From the sequence record DRR723986_9092: a stretch of DNA of 38,498 nt; one strand, 5' to 3'. The notes below the pieces were generated by a model, which did not search any database, was not told the origin of the DNA, and worked only from the letters and a program-made list of their open reading frames with translations. The stretch's first letter is position 1, and each line of letters begins with the position of its first letter. Positions 1 through 9,655 of this stretch are shown one piece after another. The translations under genes were made by a program, and so were the position numbers.

Positions 1-29
1 TGCGCGTCTACCAATTCCGCCACGACCGC
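1..29 (-). tRNA. tRNA-Leu, 5' part only (truncated by window edge; anticodon not visible)
   Basis: Reverse complement reads GCGGTCGTGGCGGAATTGGTAGACGCGCA: acceptor stem 5' strand plus the D-arm TGGCGGAATTGGTAGACGC typical of bacterial tRNA-Leu. Confidence 0.88.
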
Positions 30-71
30 ATATTCGATTGTTCCCGGCGCCTCTCAGCGTCGAGGCGCTCC

Positions 72-100
72 ATGTAGCAAAAGGAATTTGGGGGCGCAAG
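72..100 (-). promoter_or_regulatory. Putative sigma70 promoter of the tRNA gene
   Basis: Minus strand CTTGCGC-spacer-GCTACAT resembles alphaproteobacterial -35/-10 elements, about 45 nt upstream of the tRNA 5' end. Confidence 0.35.
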
Positions 101-161
101 AGGCCTTTTTGCATTAATTCACAGGCACGCGATTTTTCTTATGCAGAAATGCTTTAGTCCC

Positions 162-428
162 TCACAGAGGGCCATCGGTACGCATGGGCCGGATGTCCGG
201 CGGACGCATCAGAACTTCCGTGATCGAGATGCCTATCCGCTCACCGAGCAAAACCACCTGCCCCTTGGCGACCAGCGTATTGTTGGCATAGATCTTCACA
301 TCGTCGTCTTCGGCCACATCAAGGTCGATAACGGCGCCACGCCCCATGCGGAGCAACTGGTGGACAGGCATCTCGTTCTCCCCGAGAACGACGGAAATAT
401 CGACTTTGATTTCATCGAAGGTAGTCAT
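162..428 (-). CDS. FliM/FliN C-terminal (SpoA) domain protein, stand-alone FliN-like
   Basis: 88 aa; DISVVLG...LLRMGRGAVIDLD...VKIYANNTLVAKGQVV...IGISITE is the FliMN_C pattern. Confidence 0.85.
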   Translation of the reverse strand: MTTFDEIKVDISVVLGENEMPVHQLLRMGRGAVIDLDVAEDDDVKIYANNTLVAKGQVVLLGERIGISITEVLMRPPDIRPMRTDGPL

Positions 429-526
429 CGGACGCCTTGATCCTTAAATAGGGCTACTGACCCGCCAGCGCTTAACCATACCACGGCATGGCAAGCCAGC
501 TCAAAAAACAATGAAGTGTCATCCAC

Positions 527-1234
527 ATGTCACCCGCCGATAGAGACGCTCTTTCCCTTAGTTTTCTGCCAGTTTCCGGCTCGCGGCCGGTCGAATGGCG
601 GATTTCAGACGAACTGGTCGATTATGAGACCGCTCTTCGGGAAATGGATGAAAGGGTCCAGAGAATCATTGCCGGCGAAGCCGACGAACAGGTCTGGCTG
701 CTGGAGCATCCCCCGCTCTACACCGCCGGCACCAGCGCCAAGGACAGCGATCTTGTCGCTCCCGACCGCTTTCCGGTCTACCGGACAGGGCGCGGTGGAC
801 AGCACACCTACCATGGGCCCGGGCAACGCGTAGCCTATGTCATGCTCGATCTGAAGCGGCGTCAGCAGGATGTGCGGGCTTTTGTTTCCGCACTTGAAGC
901 CTGGCTCATCAGCACGCTCTGGCACTATCACATTCGCGGCGAACGCCGGGAAGACCGCGTCGGCGTCTGGGTGCGTCGGCCAGACCGCGGAGCGACGGTC
1001 GAGGACAAGATCGCCGCAATCGGCATCCGCCTGCGCAAATGGGTCACGTTCCACGGCATCAGCTTCAACGTGGAGCCTGAACTGGATCATTTTGACGGCA
1101 TCGTGCCCTGCGGCATTACCGAACATGGCGTGACCAGTCTCGTGGATCTCGGCCTGCCCGTTACCATGGCCGAAAACGACAGCGTCCTTCGGGCCGAATT
1201 TGAAAAGATATTTGGCCCCACGGTTTCCGTGTGA
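527..1234 (+). CDS. lipB: Lipoyl(octanoyl) transferase LipB
   Basis: [43 protein letters not shown] and IVPCGI motifs. Confidence 0.97.
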   Translation: MSPADRDALSLSFLPVSGSRPVEWRISDELVDYETALREMDERVQRIIAGEADEQVWLLEHPPLYTAGTSAKDSDLVAPDRFPVYRTGRGGQHTYHGPGQRVAYVMLDLKRRQQDVRAFVSALEAWLISTLWHYHIRGERREDRVGVWVRRPDRGATVEDKIAAIGIRLRKWVTFHGISFNVEPELDHFDGIVPCGITEHGVTSLVDLGLPVTMAENDSVLRAEFEKIFGPTVSV

Positions 1235-1474
1235 AGCCACTCGCGCGGTGGAGGCTTCAAACAGGCGCATTGAACTCTAGGTAATATCGAGTTCAAACTT
1301 GAGTTGTGCCAAAAACCAAAAAGCAACCTCAAGAAATTCCATTGTTATTTTTGCGAGTAACATTCAAAATCGCATGAAGTTTTCATTTTTTTAGTTCAAA
1401 GACGGCTTGGAAACCGGTCGGATTTAGTATTCCTTCATTCAGATGAGCGAATACAGACACAAACCTTCTCAACT

Positions 1475-3448
1475 ATGGGAATGAAGTTTGTGACCCAGGC
1501 TCTCTCAGTTCGCTCCCGCCGGAGCGTGATCACCAAAATCCTGCTGGCAGCCGCCGGCGTCATTGTTCTGATCTTCGCCGGCTTCGGCCTCTTCAACGAC
1601 ACCCTTCAGCGCAACGCAAAGACGGACGAAGTTCGCGACTACATGACCGGTGTCGGCCAGTCGGAAGTCAATATCGTCACAAACTGGTTCGAAGCGCGCA
1701 TGCTGCTCATCGAAGCGTTGTCCGAACGCATTGCCAAGCAGCCCGAGGTAACGCCCGAGTTCTTCGACCTCAAGACCCTGACCAGCAATTTCAGCGCGAC
1801 CTATTTTGGTGTGGAAGCAGACGGCGCCTTCAACATGTGGCCGCCGGCAGATCTGCCCGAAGGCTACGATCCGCGCGTGCGCCCCTGGTACAAGGATGCC
1901 GTTGCAAAAGGCGGCCCCGTGATCACCGCCCCCTATCAGGACGCCTCAACCGGCAATCTCATCGTGACGGCTGCAACACCGGTAAAAACCGGCGGCACCC
2001 TTGCCGGTGTGGTCGGTGGTGACTTTGACATCACCACCCTGGCGAACATGCTCGCCTCGTCGAACATGAGCGGCCTCGGATACGTCTTTGTGGCCGACTC
2101 CAAGGGCACCATCCTGGTGCACCCGGACAGCAACATGATTTCCAAGCCGCTCAGTGAGCTGTTTCCCAACGAGCCGGTCAAGGTCAGTGCAGAACCGCAA
2201 TACGCGTCCAGTGTGAATGGCGACCGTATCGTCCAGTTCGTTCCCGTCACCGGTTTGCCGGTCGACTGGCAGATTGGCCTCTCCGTTGATCGAAACGCCG
2301 CATTTGCGAGCCTGACGAGCTTTCGATATTCGGCACTCTTTGCGACCGTGATTGCAACCGTGCTGATGCTTGCCATCCTCGGTACCCTGTTCCAGACACT
2401 GCTGGCCCGTCCGCTCGCGTCCGTGACCAGTTCAATGGCCCAGATTGCGGAAGGCGATCTGGAAACCCCGGTCCTGGGCCTGGAGCGGAACGACGAGATC
2501 GGTTCGATCGCCAATGCCGTGGAGGTGTTCAAGACCAACGGCAAGGAACAGCGTCGCCTGGAAGCCGAACGCGCGACCGAGCAGGAAGCCAAGCATCGCA
2601 GGGCAGCAACCGTCGACCAGTTGCTTGGTGGTTTCAACCAGGAAATCCGCAGCGTTCTGGAAACCGTTTCCAACGCCACAGAAGAACTGGAACGCACTGC
2701 CCGCGAGTTGGCGCAAACTTCCGAACAAAGCTCGACCGATGCGGAATCGGCTGCCCGGACCACCGGCGATACTGCCGCCAATGTCCGCTCGGTTGCCGCA
2801 GCCTCCGAGGAACTGACGTCCTCAATCGCCGAAATCGCCCGGCGTGTCGAAGAGCAGGCCGGTATTTCCGAACGGGCCTCCAGCGCGGCTTCCCAGACGG
2901 ATCAGACCGTACAGAGCCTGGTGGCGACCACCGACCGGATTAGCCAGATCGTCAGCCTGATCAACGACATTGCCGCCCAGACCAACCTTCTGGCGCTGAA
3001 TGCCACCATTGAGGCGGCCCGCGCCGGTGAAGCCGGCAAAGGCTTTGCGGTTGTTGCATCGGAGGTGAAATCCCTGGCCAACCAGACTGCACAGGCAACA
3101 GAGGAAATCGCAACGCAGATCCAGGCGATGCAGACAGTTTCGAACCGCGCTGCTGAAGCCATACGCGATATCAGCAACGTCATTGCGGAAATGTCCGAGA
3201 TCTCCAAGGACATCTCTGTGTCGGTCGAACAGCAGAGCCTGGCGACCAACGAGATTTCGCGAAACGTCAACGAAGTCTCCACGGGTACGGACGCCATCTC
3301 CGAGACCATTATCCAGGTCTCCAGCGGCGCTCAGTCAACCGGCCGAAACGCTGCGGATGTTCTGTCTACAGCAGAGGCACTGACCAGCGAATCCGCCAAC
3401 CTCAGCTCGAAGGTCGACCGCTTCTTCGACGATATCCGCGCTGCCTGA
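1475..3448 (+). CDS. Methyl-accepting chemotaxis protein (TM-dCache_1-TM-HAMP-MA), amino-acid-sensor type
   Basis: Two TM segments; YDPRVRPWY...PYQD...GGD in the sensor domain; HAMP (ERNDEIG); signalling core [34 protein letters not shown]. Confidence 0.96.
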   Translation: MGMKFVTQALSVRSRRSVITKILLAAAGVIVLIFAGFGLFNDTLQRNAKTDEVRDYMTGVGQSEVNIVTNWFEARMLLIEALSERIAKQPEVTPEFFDLKTLTSNFSATYFGVEADGAFNMWPPADLPEGYDPRVRPWYKDAVAKGGPVITAPYQDASTGNLIVTAATPVKTGGTLAGVVGGDFDITTLANMLASSNMSGLGYVFVADSKGTILVHPDSNMISKPLSELFPNEPVKVSAEPQYASSVNGDRIVQFVPVTGLPVDWQIGLSVDRNAAFASLTSFRYSALFATVIATVLMLAILGTLFQTLLARPLASVTSSMAQIAEGDLETPVLGLERNDEIGSIANAVEVFKTNGKEQRRLEAERATEQEAKHRRAATVDQLLGGFNQEIRSVLETVSNATEELERTARELAQTSEQSSTDAESAARTTGDTAANVRSVAAASEELTSSIAEIARRVEEQAGISERASSAASQTDQTVQSLVATTDRISQIVSLINDIAAQTNLLALNATIEAARAGEAGKGFAVVASEVKSLANQTAQATEEIATQIQAMQTVSNRAAEAIRDISNVIAEMSEISKDISVSVEQQSLATNEISRNVNEVSTGTDAISETIIQVSSGAQSTGRNAADVLSTAEALTSESANLSSKVDRFFDDIRAA

Positions 3449-3468
3449 TCTGGCACAAAGGCAAATGG

Positions 3469-3498
3469 AAAAGGCGGGCCGTTGAGCTCGCCTTTTTT
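3469..3498 (+). terminator. Intrinsic terminator between convergent MCP and sqdC, probably bidirectional
   Basis: AAAAGGCGGGC-cgttga-GCTCGCCTTTTTT hairpin with a T tract on + and an A tract upstream. Confidence 0.8.
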
Positions 3499-3539
3499 GT
3501 TGCCATACCGGCAAACAATGCTCGTTCAAAAGCTGAGCG

Positions 3540-4424
3540 TCAGGTGCCGGCCGCACCGCGCCCGGCTATTGAGCGCAGAAACACTTTCAGCTTTTCAGTT
3601 CCACCCGGCGACCACCCAAGTGCCCGCAGCCGGTCTGTCGTCATTTCGCCTGGAGCCTGGTCCGATGCTGCCGGCTCCTCAAGGTTCAAACCTGCTTCAG
3701 CCGCATAAAGTGCCAGAAGGTCCTGGCGGTCGAGCAGAAGATCCGAGACGTTGTAGATCAGAAATGCTTCTTCATTTACCCGTCGCTCTTCCAGAACCAG
3801 GGCAACGGCAGCAGCAAGGTCGTCCCCGTGAACTTCCGTTCCCCTGCGCGGGGCAATCGGAATACCGGCTGCAAAATCCCTGAAAAGCCCCGACCATTTG
3901 TGGTCGGCCGAGCCTGACCCAGGGCCGTAAACACCGGTCGCGCGCAAAACGATGCCACGCATTCTCTGGCCGCATAAAACCTTGAGTGCCCTCTCCCCTG
4001 CAAGCTTCACGTCGCCATAAAGCGTATCGGGTGCTGGTGCATCCGTTTCCGTAAGCTTTTCGCCTTTTCGGTGATCACCGTAAACAGCCCTGCTGGAGAG
4101 GAAAACGACTGTCCGGCAGCCCGCCTTCGCGGCCGCTTCAAAAAGACGTCGGGTACCGTCGACATTCAGCTTCCTGAACCGCTCTGGATCGTCCCCCTCA
4201 CCGCCCCGGAACTTGCCGGGCTCATGGACCAGTGCACAGTGAACGAGTGCATCGGCTTGCGGGAGTTGAGGATCCGGGTCAGCAAGGTCATAGGTCCGAA
4301 AGGCTGCCGCGACGCCGTCAACCGGGCGTCTTCCAAGAAGCGTAACCGTGCAGCCATCGTCAAGCAGCCGCTTCAGGATAAACCGGCCAACTACCCCGCT
4401 TGCCCCCGTCAGAAGTACATGCAT
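3540..4424 (-). CDS. sqdC: NAD-dependent epimerase/dehydratase SqdC (sulfolipid biosynthesis)
   Basis: MHVLLTGASGVVG Rossmann motif, SSRAVYG, YGDVK (YxxxK); ATG at 4424 overlaps the upstream stop (TGATG); third gene after sqdB and sqdD. Confidence 0.85.
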   Translation of the reverse strand: MHVLLTGASGVVGRFILKRLLDDGCTVTLLGRRPVDGVAAAFRTYDLADPDPQLPQADALVHCALVHEPGKFRGGEGDDPERFRKLNVDGTRRLFEAAAKAGCRTVVFLSSRAVYGDHRKGEKLTETDAPAPDTLYGDVKLAGERALKVLCGQRMRGIVLRATGVYGPGSGSADHKWSGLFRDFAAGIPIAPRRGTEVHGDDLAAAVALVLEERRVNEEAFLIYNVSDLLLDRQDLLALYAAEAGLNLEEPAASDQAPGEMTTDRLRALGWSPGGTEKLKVFLRSIAGRGAAGT

Positions 4425-5290
4425 CAGGACGCCTGCTTTGCCGCCCACTCCAGAGGACCGGGCAGACCGGCCACATCATCAGGAATCCCGATACCGGTCG
4501 CAAAAGCCTGCCAGAGATCGATCAGAGGACGCAACTTGGCGGTTTTTTCATGCCCCTCCTGCCAGGGCTTTTCATACTGGTAATGCAGCACATGGATCTG
4601 CTTCCAGTTCCAGAGTTCCGGCAGGTTGAACCAGACATACTGGAGCGTGTTGAAGAACACCGGCAACCCGTGCCAGTCGGGAAAATAGTCTTCCAGAAAC
4701 GTCTGGTCCGTGCGCCGCCAGAAGGCCTCCGGCCTGTCCAGACGCGCCAGCATGGCCTCGAACGTGGCCATATTCGGCCGGGCGGTAAAGACACCGCTGT
4801 TCAGACGGTGGAAGTCCTGTATCCCCTCGTAGACATTGGGCGCTGCGCAGAACTCGGGATAGCCAAATAGCTTGTCGCAGTTCTGCAGCACGATGGCATC
4901 GGCGTCGATGAAGATGACCCGGTCATATTCCTCGAGTTGCCACAGCCGCAGCTTGACGAAGTTGTCCAGAGGCGTGTGAAAGACCGGCTTTCCACCCTTT
5001 GTGAACGGGGCCGCCTTGTGAATGCGGCCACGTTCATGGCGCGCGTTGAAGCTTTCGCTCGTTGGCAGGCGCTCGCACCGGCCAAGCCGAGGTCCGAATT
5101 CCGCAAGGGCGGCAAGATCCGCCTCACCGACCCCGGGCGTGTAGAGGACCACGAGGTCGGCTTCGGTTCCCGAATGCCGGAGCGAGCGCAGAAGCGCTTT
5201 CGCCCCGAGCACATAGTCCCGGTTCGTCACCAGTGTCACATAGGCACATGTGCTTCCAGGTGCCCGGTCGAACTGAGGAGTGTCTTGCAT
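4424..5290 (-). CDS. sqdD: GT8 glycosyltransferase SqdD (sulfolipid biosynthesis)
   Basis: AYVTLVTN, KLRLWQL, FIDADA (DxD), NSGVF, DQTFL, HYQYEKPW; directly follows sqdB. Confidence 0.9.
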   Translation of the reverse strand: MQDTPQFDRAPGSTCAYVTLVTNRDYVLGAKALLRSLRHSGTEADLVVLYTPGVGEADLAALAEFGPRLGRCERLPTSESFNARHERGRIHKAAPFTKGGKPVFHTPLDNFVKLRLWQLEEYDRVIFIDADAIVLQNCDKLFGYPEFCAAPNVYEGIQDFHRLNSGVFTARPNMATFEAMLARLDRPEAFWRRTDQTFLEDYFPDWHGLPVFFNTLQYVWFNLPELWNWKQIHVLHYQYEKPWQEGHEKTAKLRPLIDLWQAFATGIGIPDDVAGLPGPLEWAAKQAS

Positions 5291-5298
5291 TCCCGGCC

Positions 5299-6519
5299 TC
5301 AGGAGACGGATTTCAGACGCGGATGTTCCGGATCCCGTTCGATCTCGTCGGCAATTTCCTTGGTCCAGGCGGACACTGCCGGTACGCGGCTGCGGTCGAC
5401 GCGGTAGGCGAAGTTCTTCGCGACGTCCACCACCTCGCTCAACAGGCCTTCTTCCAGCGTGATCGGATTAAGGCCAAGTTCCAGGAACTGCTTGTTCTCG
5501 ACAACCAGATCGTTTTCTGCCGCTTCCTTGCGCGGGTTTGGCAGATAGGCAACCTTCGCGCCGGTAAGGCGGGAAATCAGCTCTGCCAGATCCCGCACCC
5601 GGTGGGTCTCGGTCATCTGGTTGAACACCTTGACCCGGTCGCCCTTTTTCGGCGGGTTCTTCAATGCCAGTTCAATGCAACGAACCGAATCCTGGATATG
5701 AATGAAAGCCCGTGTCTGGCCACCGGTGCCGTGAACCGTCAGCGGATAGCCGATGGCTGCCTGTATCAGGAACCGGTTCAGAACCGTGCCGTAGTCGCCG
5801 TCATAGTCGAACCGGTTGATCAGTTGCTTGTGTCGAAGGGTCTGTTCGGTATGCGTGCCCCACACGATCCCCTGGTGCAGGTCAGTGACCTTTAGCCCGT
5901 CGTTCTTGGCGTAGAACTGGAACAACAGCTGATCCAGGCACTTGGTCATGTGATAGATCGAGCCGGGGTTGGCCGGATAAAGGATTTCCTGAGCCGCTTT
6001 GGAGCCGTTCAGGGTCTCGACGTCAACCGACAGATAGCCTTCCGGAATTGCCGCACCGACACTGGAATAGCCGTAGACGCCCATAGTGCCGAGGTGGACA
6101 AGATGCGCATCGAGATCCAGCTCCACCATCGCGTTGAGCAGATGGTGCGTGGCGTTGACGTTGTTGTTGACCGTGTAGTTCTTGTGCTGATCCGATTTCA
6201 TCGAATAGGGCGCAGCGCGCTGTTCGGCGAAGTGGATGATGGCATCCGGCCGGTTGTCTGCAAGCCAGGCCTTGAACACTTCGTAGTCGCGGGCAATATC
6301 GATCAGGTGGAACCGGATTGTATTGCCGGTTTCCTGCTTCCAGATCCGGGTGCGTTCCTGGATCGAATCCATGGGCGTCAGCGATTGCACGCCTAGTTCG
6401 GCATCGATCCAGCGACGGCTCAGATTGTCGATGATATGAACTTCATGGCCCTGATCCGACAAATGCAAGGATGTGGGCCAGCCGACAAAACCATCACCGC
6501 CAAGTATCGCAATCTTCAC
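5299..6519 (-). CDS. sqdB: UDP-sulfoquinovose synthase SqdB
   Basis: GGDGFVGWPT, HFAEQRAAPYSM, HLGTMGVYG, PGSIYHMTK, DLHQGIVWG, RFDYDGDYGTVLNRF; start placed at GTG 6519 behind a GGAG RBS. Confidence 0.96.
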   Translation of the reverse strand: MKIAILGGDGFVGWPTSLHLSDQGHEVHIIDNLSRRWIDAELGVQSLTPMDSIQERTRIWKQETGNTIRFHLIDIARDYEVFKAWLADNRPDAIIHFAEQRAAPYSMKSDQHKNYTVNNNVNATHHLLNAMVELDLDAHLVHLGTMGVYGYSSVGAAIPEGYLSVDVETLNGSKAAQEILYPANPGSIYHMTKCLDQLLFQFYAKNDGLKVTDLHQGIVWGTHTEQTLRHKQLINRFDYDGDYGTVLNRFLIQAAIGYPLTVHGTGGQTRAFIHIQDSVRCIELALKNPPKKGDRVKVFNQMTETHRVRDLAELISRLTGAKVAYLPNPRKEAAENDLVVENKQFLELGLNPITLEEGLLSEVVDVAKNFAYRVDRSRVPAVSAWTKEIADEIERDPEHPRLKSVS

Positions 6520-6663
6520 TGAAAATCTCCCGGTTTCACGTTTCGGCACCGACCGTGCGGCACCGATTGCTTCATCTGAAAGATCAGATCATTGCGATAT
6601 TTCCGTGACAACTCAACTTCGAATGTCGCGATTGATATAGAAAAGACGATTGGCCACAGCCGG

Positions 6664-6951
6664 TTAAGCCGTATCGCGCACCTCAAAGGCACCCGAGCAG
6701 GGCTCTACCGGCTCAAGGTCCTTGACCAGGTTTACCCTTGCAAGAGACGGCCCATGCCAGAGCACATCCAGCATGTCGACAACGGTATCGGACGGGCCTG
6801 AAAACACGGCTTCGACCCCACCGGAGCTGAGATTGCGCACCCAGCCGGCCAGTGCCCTGTCTTCAGCTTCACCCGCACACCAGGCGCGGTACCCAACACC
6901 CTGGACCCTGCCCTCAATCAGCACGTGAACGGTCAATGGATCGGCGGTCAT
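6664..6951 (-). CDS. acyP: Acylphosphatase
   Basis: GRVQGVGYR and GWVRN signature motifs; 95 aa. Confidence 0.95.
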   Translation of the reverse strand: MTADPLTVHVLIEGRVQGVGYRAWCAGEAEDRALAGWVRNLSSGGVEAVFSGPSDTVVDMLDVLWHGPSLARVNLVKDLEPVEPCSGAFEVRDTA

Positions 6952-7024
6952 TCAGGTCTCCGAAGTTCGCGATGCTGCAAAAGCTTAGTGCAAACCTGCC
7001 TGTTCGCAAACGTCTGCCTGTGCT

Positions 7025-7915
7025 TCAGGCTGTGGACACTTGCGTATCGCGCTTTTGCTCGTCCAGCATGACCAGCAGCGACGCACCGACAATCACCAGC
7101 GCACCCGGCCAGAATGCACCGCTCGGGGCAAAACCGAAAGCGAAGAAGCCGACCGCGATATTCAGCGGAAGCTTCAGGTGGTCGAAAGGCTGCACGAAAG
7201 CCGCATCGGCCTTCTGGTAGGCAAGGGTCAGCAGGTAGTTCGCCAGCACCGTCAGGGCGCCGGCCCCCACGAGCAGCCACAGCGCCGGACCGGTCGGCAC
7301 GATACCGCCCTCTCCCAGCGCAAGCAGTGCATTTACCGGTGTCAGGAGCAGCAGCAGGTAGATGGTGATGGAATCGGCATCTTCAGTTGCAGTCAGCTTT
7401 TTGGTGACGAGCGAAGTTCCTGCCCAGAATGCAGCTGCCCCGACCGGCAAAAGTGCTGCCAGGCTGAAGCCTTCCGTCCAGGGTTCCAGAATCACCATGC
7501 CGCCGGAGAAGCCCGCCAACGTCGCAAGCCACCGGATCAGGCCAACCCGTTCCCTGAAGAACAGCTTGGCGCCAATGATCACGAAAAACGGCGAAGTCAT
7601 CACCAAGGCGATTGCCTGCCAGATCTCGACCCGCGCAAGACCGGCGACCCACAACTGGATCCCGATCACCGCAAGAACACCCCGCGCCAGATGCCATCCG
7701 ATCTGATGTGTCTTCAAGGCGGAAAAGCCGCGCCGCAGGACGAATGGCAGGCCAACGAGAAGGCCCAGCGCATATTGCCAGAAGGCCGCGGACGTTGACG
7801 GCACGCCCAGTTGCATGGTCGAGGCCTGCAGGGCGCCGTTCACGATGGCAAACGAAGCCCCTGCCCCGATCATGGCAAGTGCGGCGAATATGGGCTTCTT
7901 CGAATTGTTTGACAT
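7025..7915 (-). CDS. ribN: DMT/EamA-family riboflavin transporter RibN
   Basis: About 10 TM segments; SAAFWQY, IWQAIALVMTSPFF and ADAAFVQPFDHLKLPLN resemble rhizobial RibN; lies directly under an FMN riboswitch. Start chosen at ATG 7915 (AGGA RBS); 7945 is the alternative. Confidence 0.88.
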   Translation of the reverse strand: MSNNSKKPIFAALAMIGAGASFAIVNGALQASTMQLGVPSTSAAFWQYALGLLVGLPFVLRRGFSALKTHQIGWHLARGVLAVIGIQLWVAGLARVEIWQAIALVMTSPFFVIIGAKLFFRERVGLIRWLATLAGFSGGMVILEPWTEGFSLAALLPVGAAAFWAGTSLVTKKLTATEDADSITIYLLLLLTPVNALLALGEGGIVPTGPALWLLVGAGALTVLANYLLTLAYQKADAAFVQPFDHLKLPLNIAVGFFAFGFAPSGAFWPGALVIVGASLLVMLDEQKRDTQVSTA

Positions 7916-8005
7916 GGGCGTCCTATCTGCGATCCGTTCCGTCATCGTTCAGAACAGTCTCAAAAGACACACGCCCACCGGCCATCAACAAATGGCGGCG
8001 GTCAA

Positions 8006-8171
<166 letters not shown>

Positions 8172-8252
8172 TGCTCTCCAAGAGCTTTCAGTATCCCTGA
8201 AATAGATAGGATGCAATAGTGGAAGCATGCCGAAAGGCACCTCAACGGCACA

Positions 8253-9545
8253 TCAGGCCACGCAAACCCGATTTCTGCCAGCCTGCTTGGCGCCGTATAG
8301 CGCTTCATCTGCCCTTGCGATGGTCTGGCTGATTTTCTCGCCGTCACGAACGGTGGCAGCCCCTATGCTGACCCGCATCGAGATGAGCTGCTGATCGTGC
8401 AAGTGGGGCACGATTTCGACGGCCTTTCGAATGCGCTCGGCGATTTCGAACGCTTCATTAAGGTCGCACCCTTCCAGCAGGCAATAGAACTCTTCACCGC
8501 CCGCCCTTGCAAAGATATGCGGCTCTTGAAGTTCACGTTTCAGCAGGCCGACAAGATGATTGAGCGCTGCATCGCCGCAAGCATGGCCGTATCGATCGTT
8601 GATAAGTTTGAAATGGTCAACGTCCAGCACAAGGATGGACAGGCTGGCTGACGTCTTTTGTGCCCGTTCCTTTGCTGCAGCTGCCAGCTCGAAAAACCTG
8701 CGACGGTTGTAGGCCTCTGTCAGGGCATCGCGCTCTGCTGCCCACTTGAGCTGCTCTTCCAGACGTTTGCGTTCAGTGATGTCGAGCATGGATCCAGCAA
8801 GGCCGTTTACCTCGCCGGAGACCCGGTCACGGGTAACAGCCTTATGGAAGGTCACCGTTCGGCGCTCGCCATCAGCATAGCAAACGTCCGCCTCATAGAT
8901 CTGAACACCCCCCTGCTGCATCAGCTCTTCGTCGGCCGCTTCATAGACCTTTGCCAATTCAGCTGGCGCTACGTCATAAACACTGGCGCCGTTCACCTTG
9001 CTGGCCGGCAATCCGATAAACGCTTCAAAAGCCTTGTTGCAGCCGCTGTAGATGCCGGCCCGGTTCTTGAAGAAGATGGGTGAAGGCAGGTTGTCGATTG
9101 CTGACTGGAGGTTATCCCTCTCAATGGCGAGATCGCGGCATTTGCGGAACAGCCCACCCTGCCGCGCGATCACGAGTTCCGCGCGTTTAAGGGCAAGCAG
9201 CAGAAGGTCCGTGTCGTCGGCGTCGACAACATCATCCACACCGCCTTCCAGCAATGTCAGCCGAGTTTTTGCTGCCAGTTCTCCCGACGAACAAGCGATG
9301 ATGAGGGTCGTATCCCGTATTCTGTGAAAATCGCAGGTCGGCAATTCCCCCGTCGCCCCGACATCCAGAAGACAGACCTGAAACGGGCAAGAGGATAGCG
9401 GCTGGACAGTGACCTGGTGCAGGACGTAACCGGCTGGAAGCGACGGCGGCGGTCTTTTGGCAGGCGAATAATACCCGACGTCAACCGCCTTTTCAGACGG
9501 TACCGACGTATTTTGGGTATCCGTTGCATGCATCCGTTCTGCCAA
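8253..9545 (-). CDS. Diguanylate cyclase (degenerate REC-like N-terminus, PAS, GGDEF)
   Basis: PAS (IDNLPSPIFFKN...CNKAFE...DITERK), DALT...NRR, LDVDHFKLINDRYGHACGD, RAGGEEF, ADEALYGAKQAGRN. Exact start uncertain. Confidence 0.92.
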   Translation of the reverse strand: MAERMHATDTQNTSVPSEKAVDVGYYSPAKRPPPSLPAGYVLHQVTVQPLSSCPFQVCLLDVGATGELPTCDFHRIRDTTLIIACSSGELAAKTRLTLLEGGVDDVVDADDTDLLLLALKRAELVIARQGGLFRKCRDLAIERDNLQSAIDNLPSPIFFKNRAGIYSGCNKAFEAFIGLPASKVNGASVYDVAPAELAKVYEAADEELMQQGGVQIYEADVCYADGERRTVTFHKAVTRDRVSGEVNGLAGSMLDITERKRLEEQLKWAAERDALTEAYNRRRFFELAAAAKERAQKTSASLSILVLDVDHFKLINDRYGHACGDAALNHLVGLLKRELQEPHIFARAGGEEFYCLLEGCDLNEAFEIAERIRKAVEIVPHLHDQQLISMRVSIGAATVRDGEKISQTIARADEALYGAKQAGRNRVCVA

Positions 9546-9655
9546 GGCGCACTCCTTTGAGCTTAACCTACGGGAAAATCGATAAATTCGGAGTTAAGAA
9601 AGTTTGCCGGCAGCAAGAAGCCACTCTCATTGCCGCAGTGTCGGAATGGACGCCA

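Noticed and set aside
1-160. tRNA-associated genomic island
   Set aside because: The tRNA 3' end, the usual att site, lies outside the window, and no integrase or att duplicate is seen here.
2981-3070. Nucleotide similarity, in inverted orientation, to ~38408-38497
   Set aside because: Explained by the conserved signalling tip of two MCP paralogs; not a mobile-element end.
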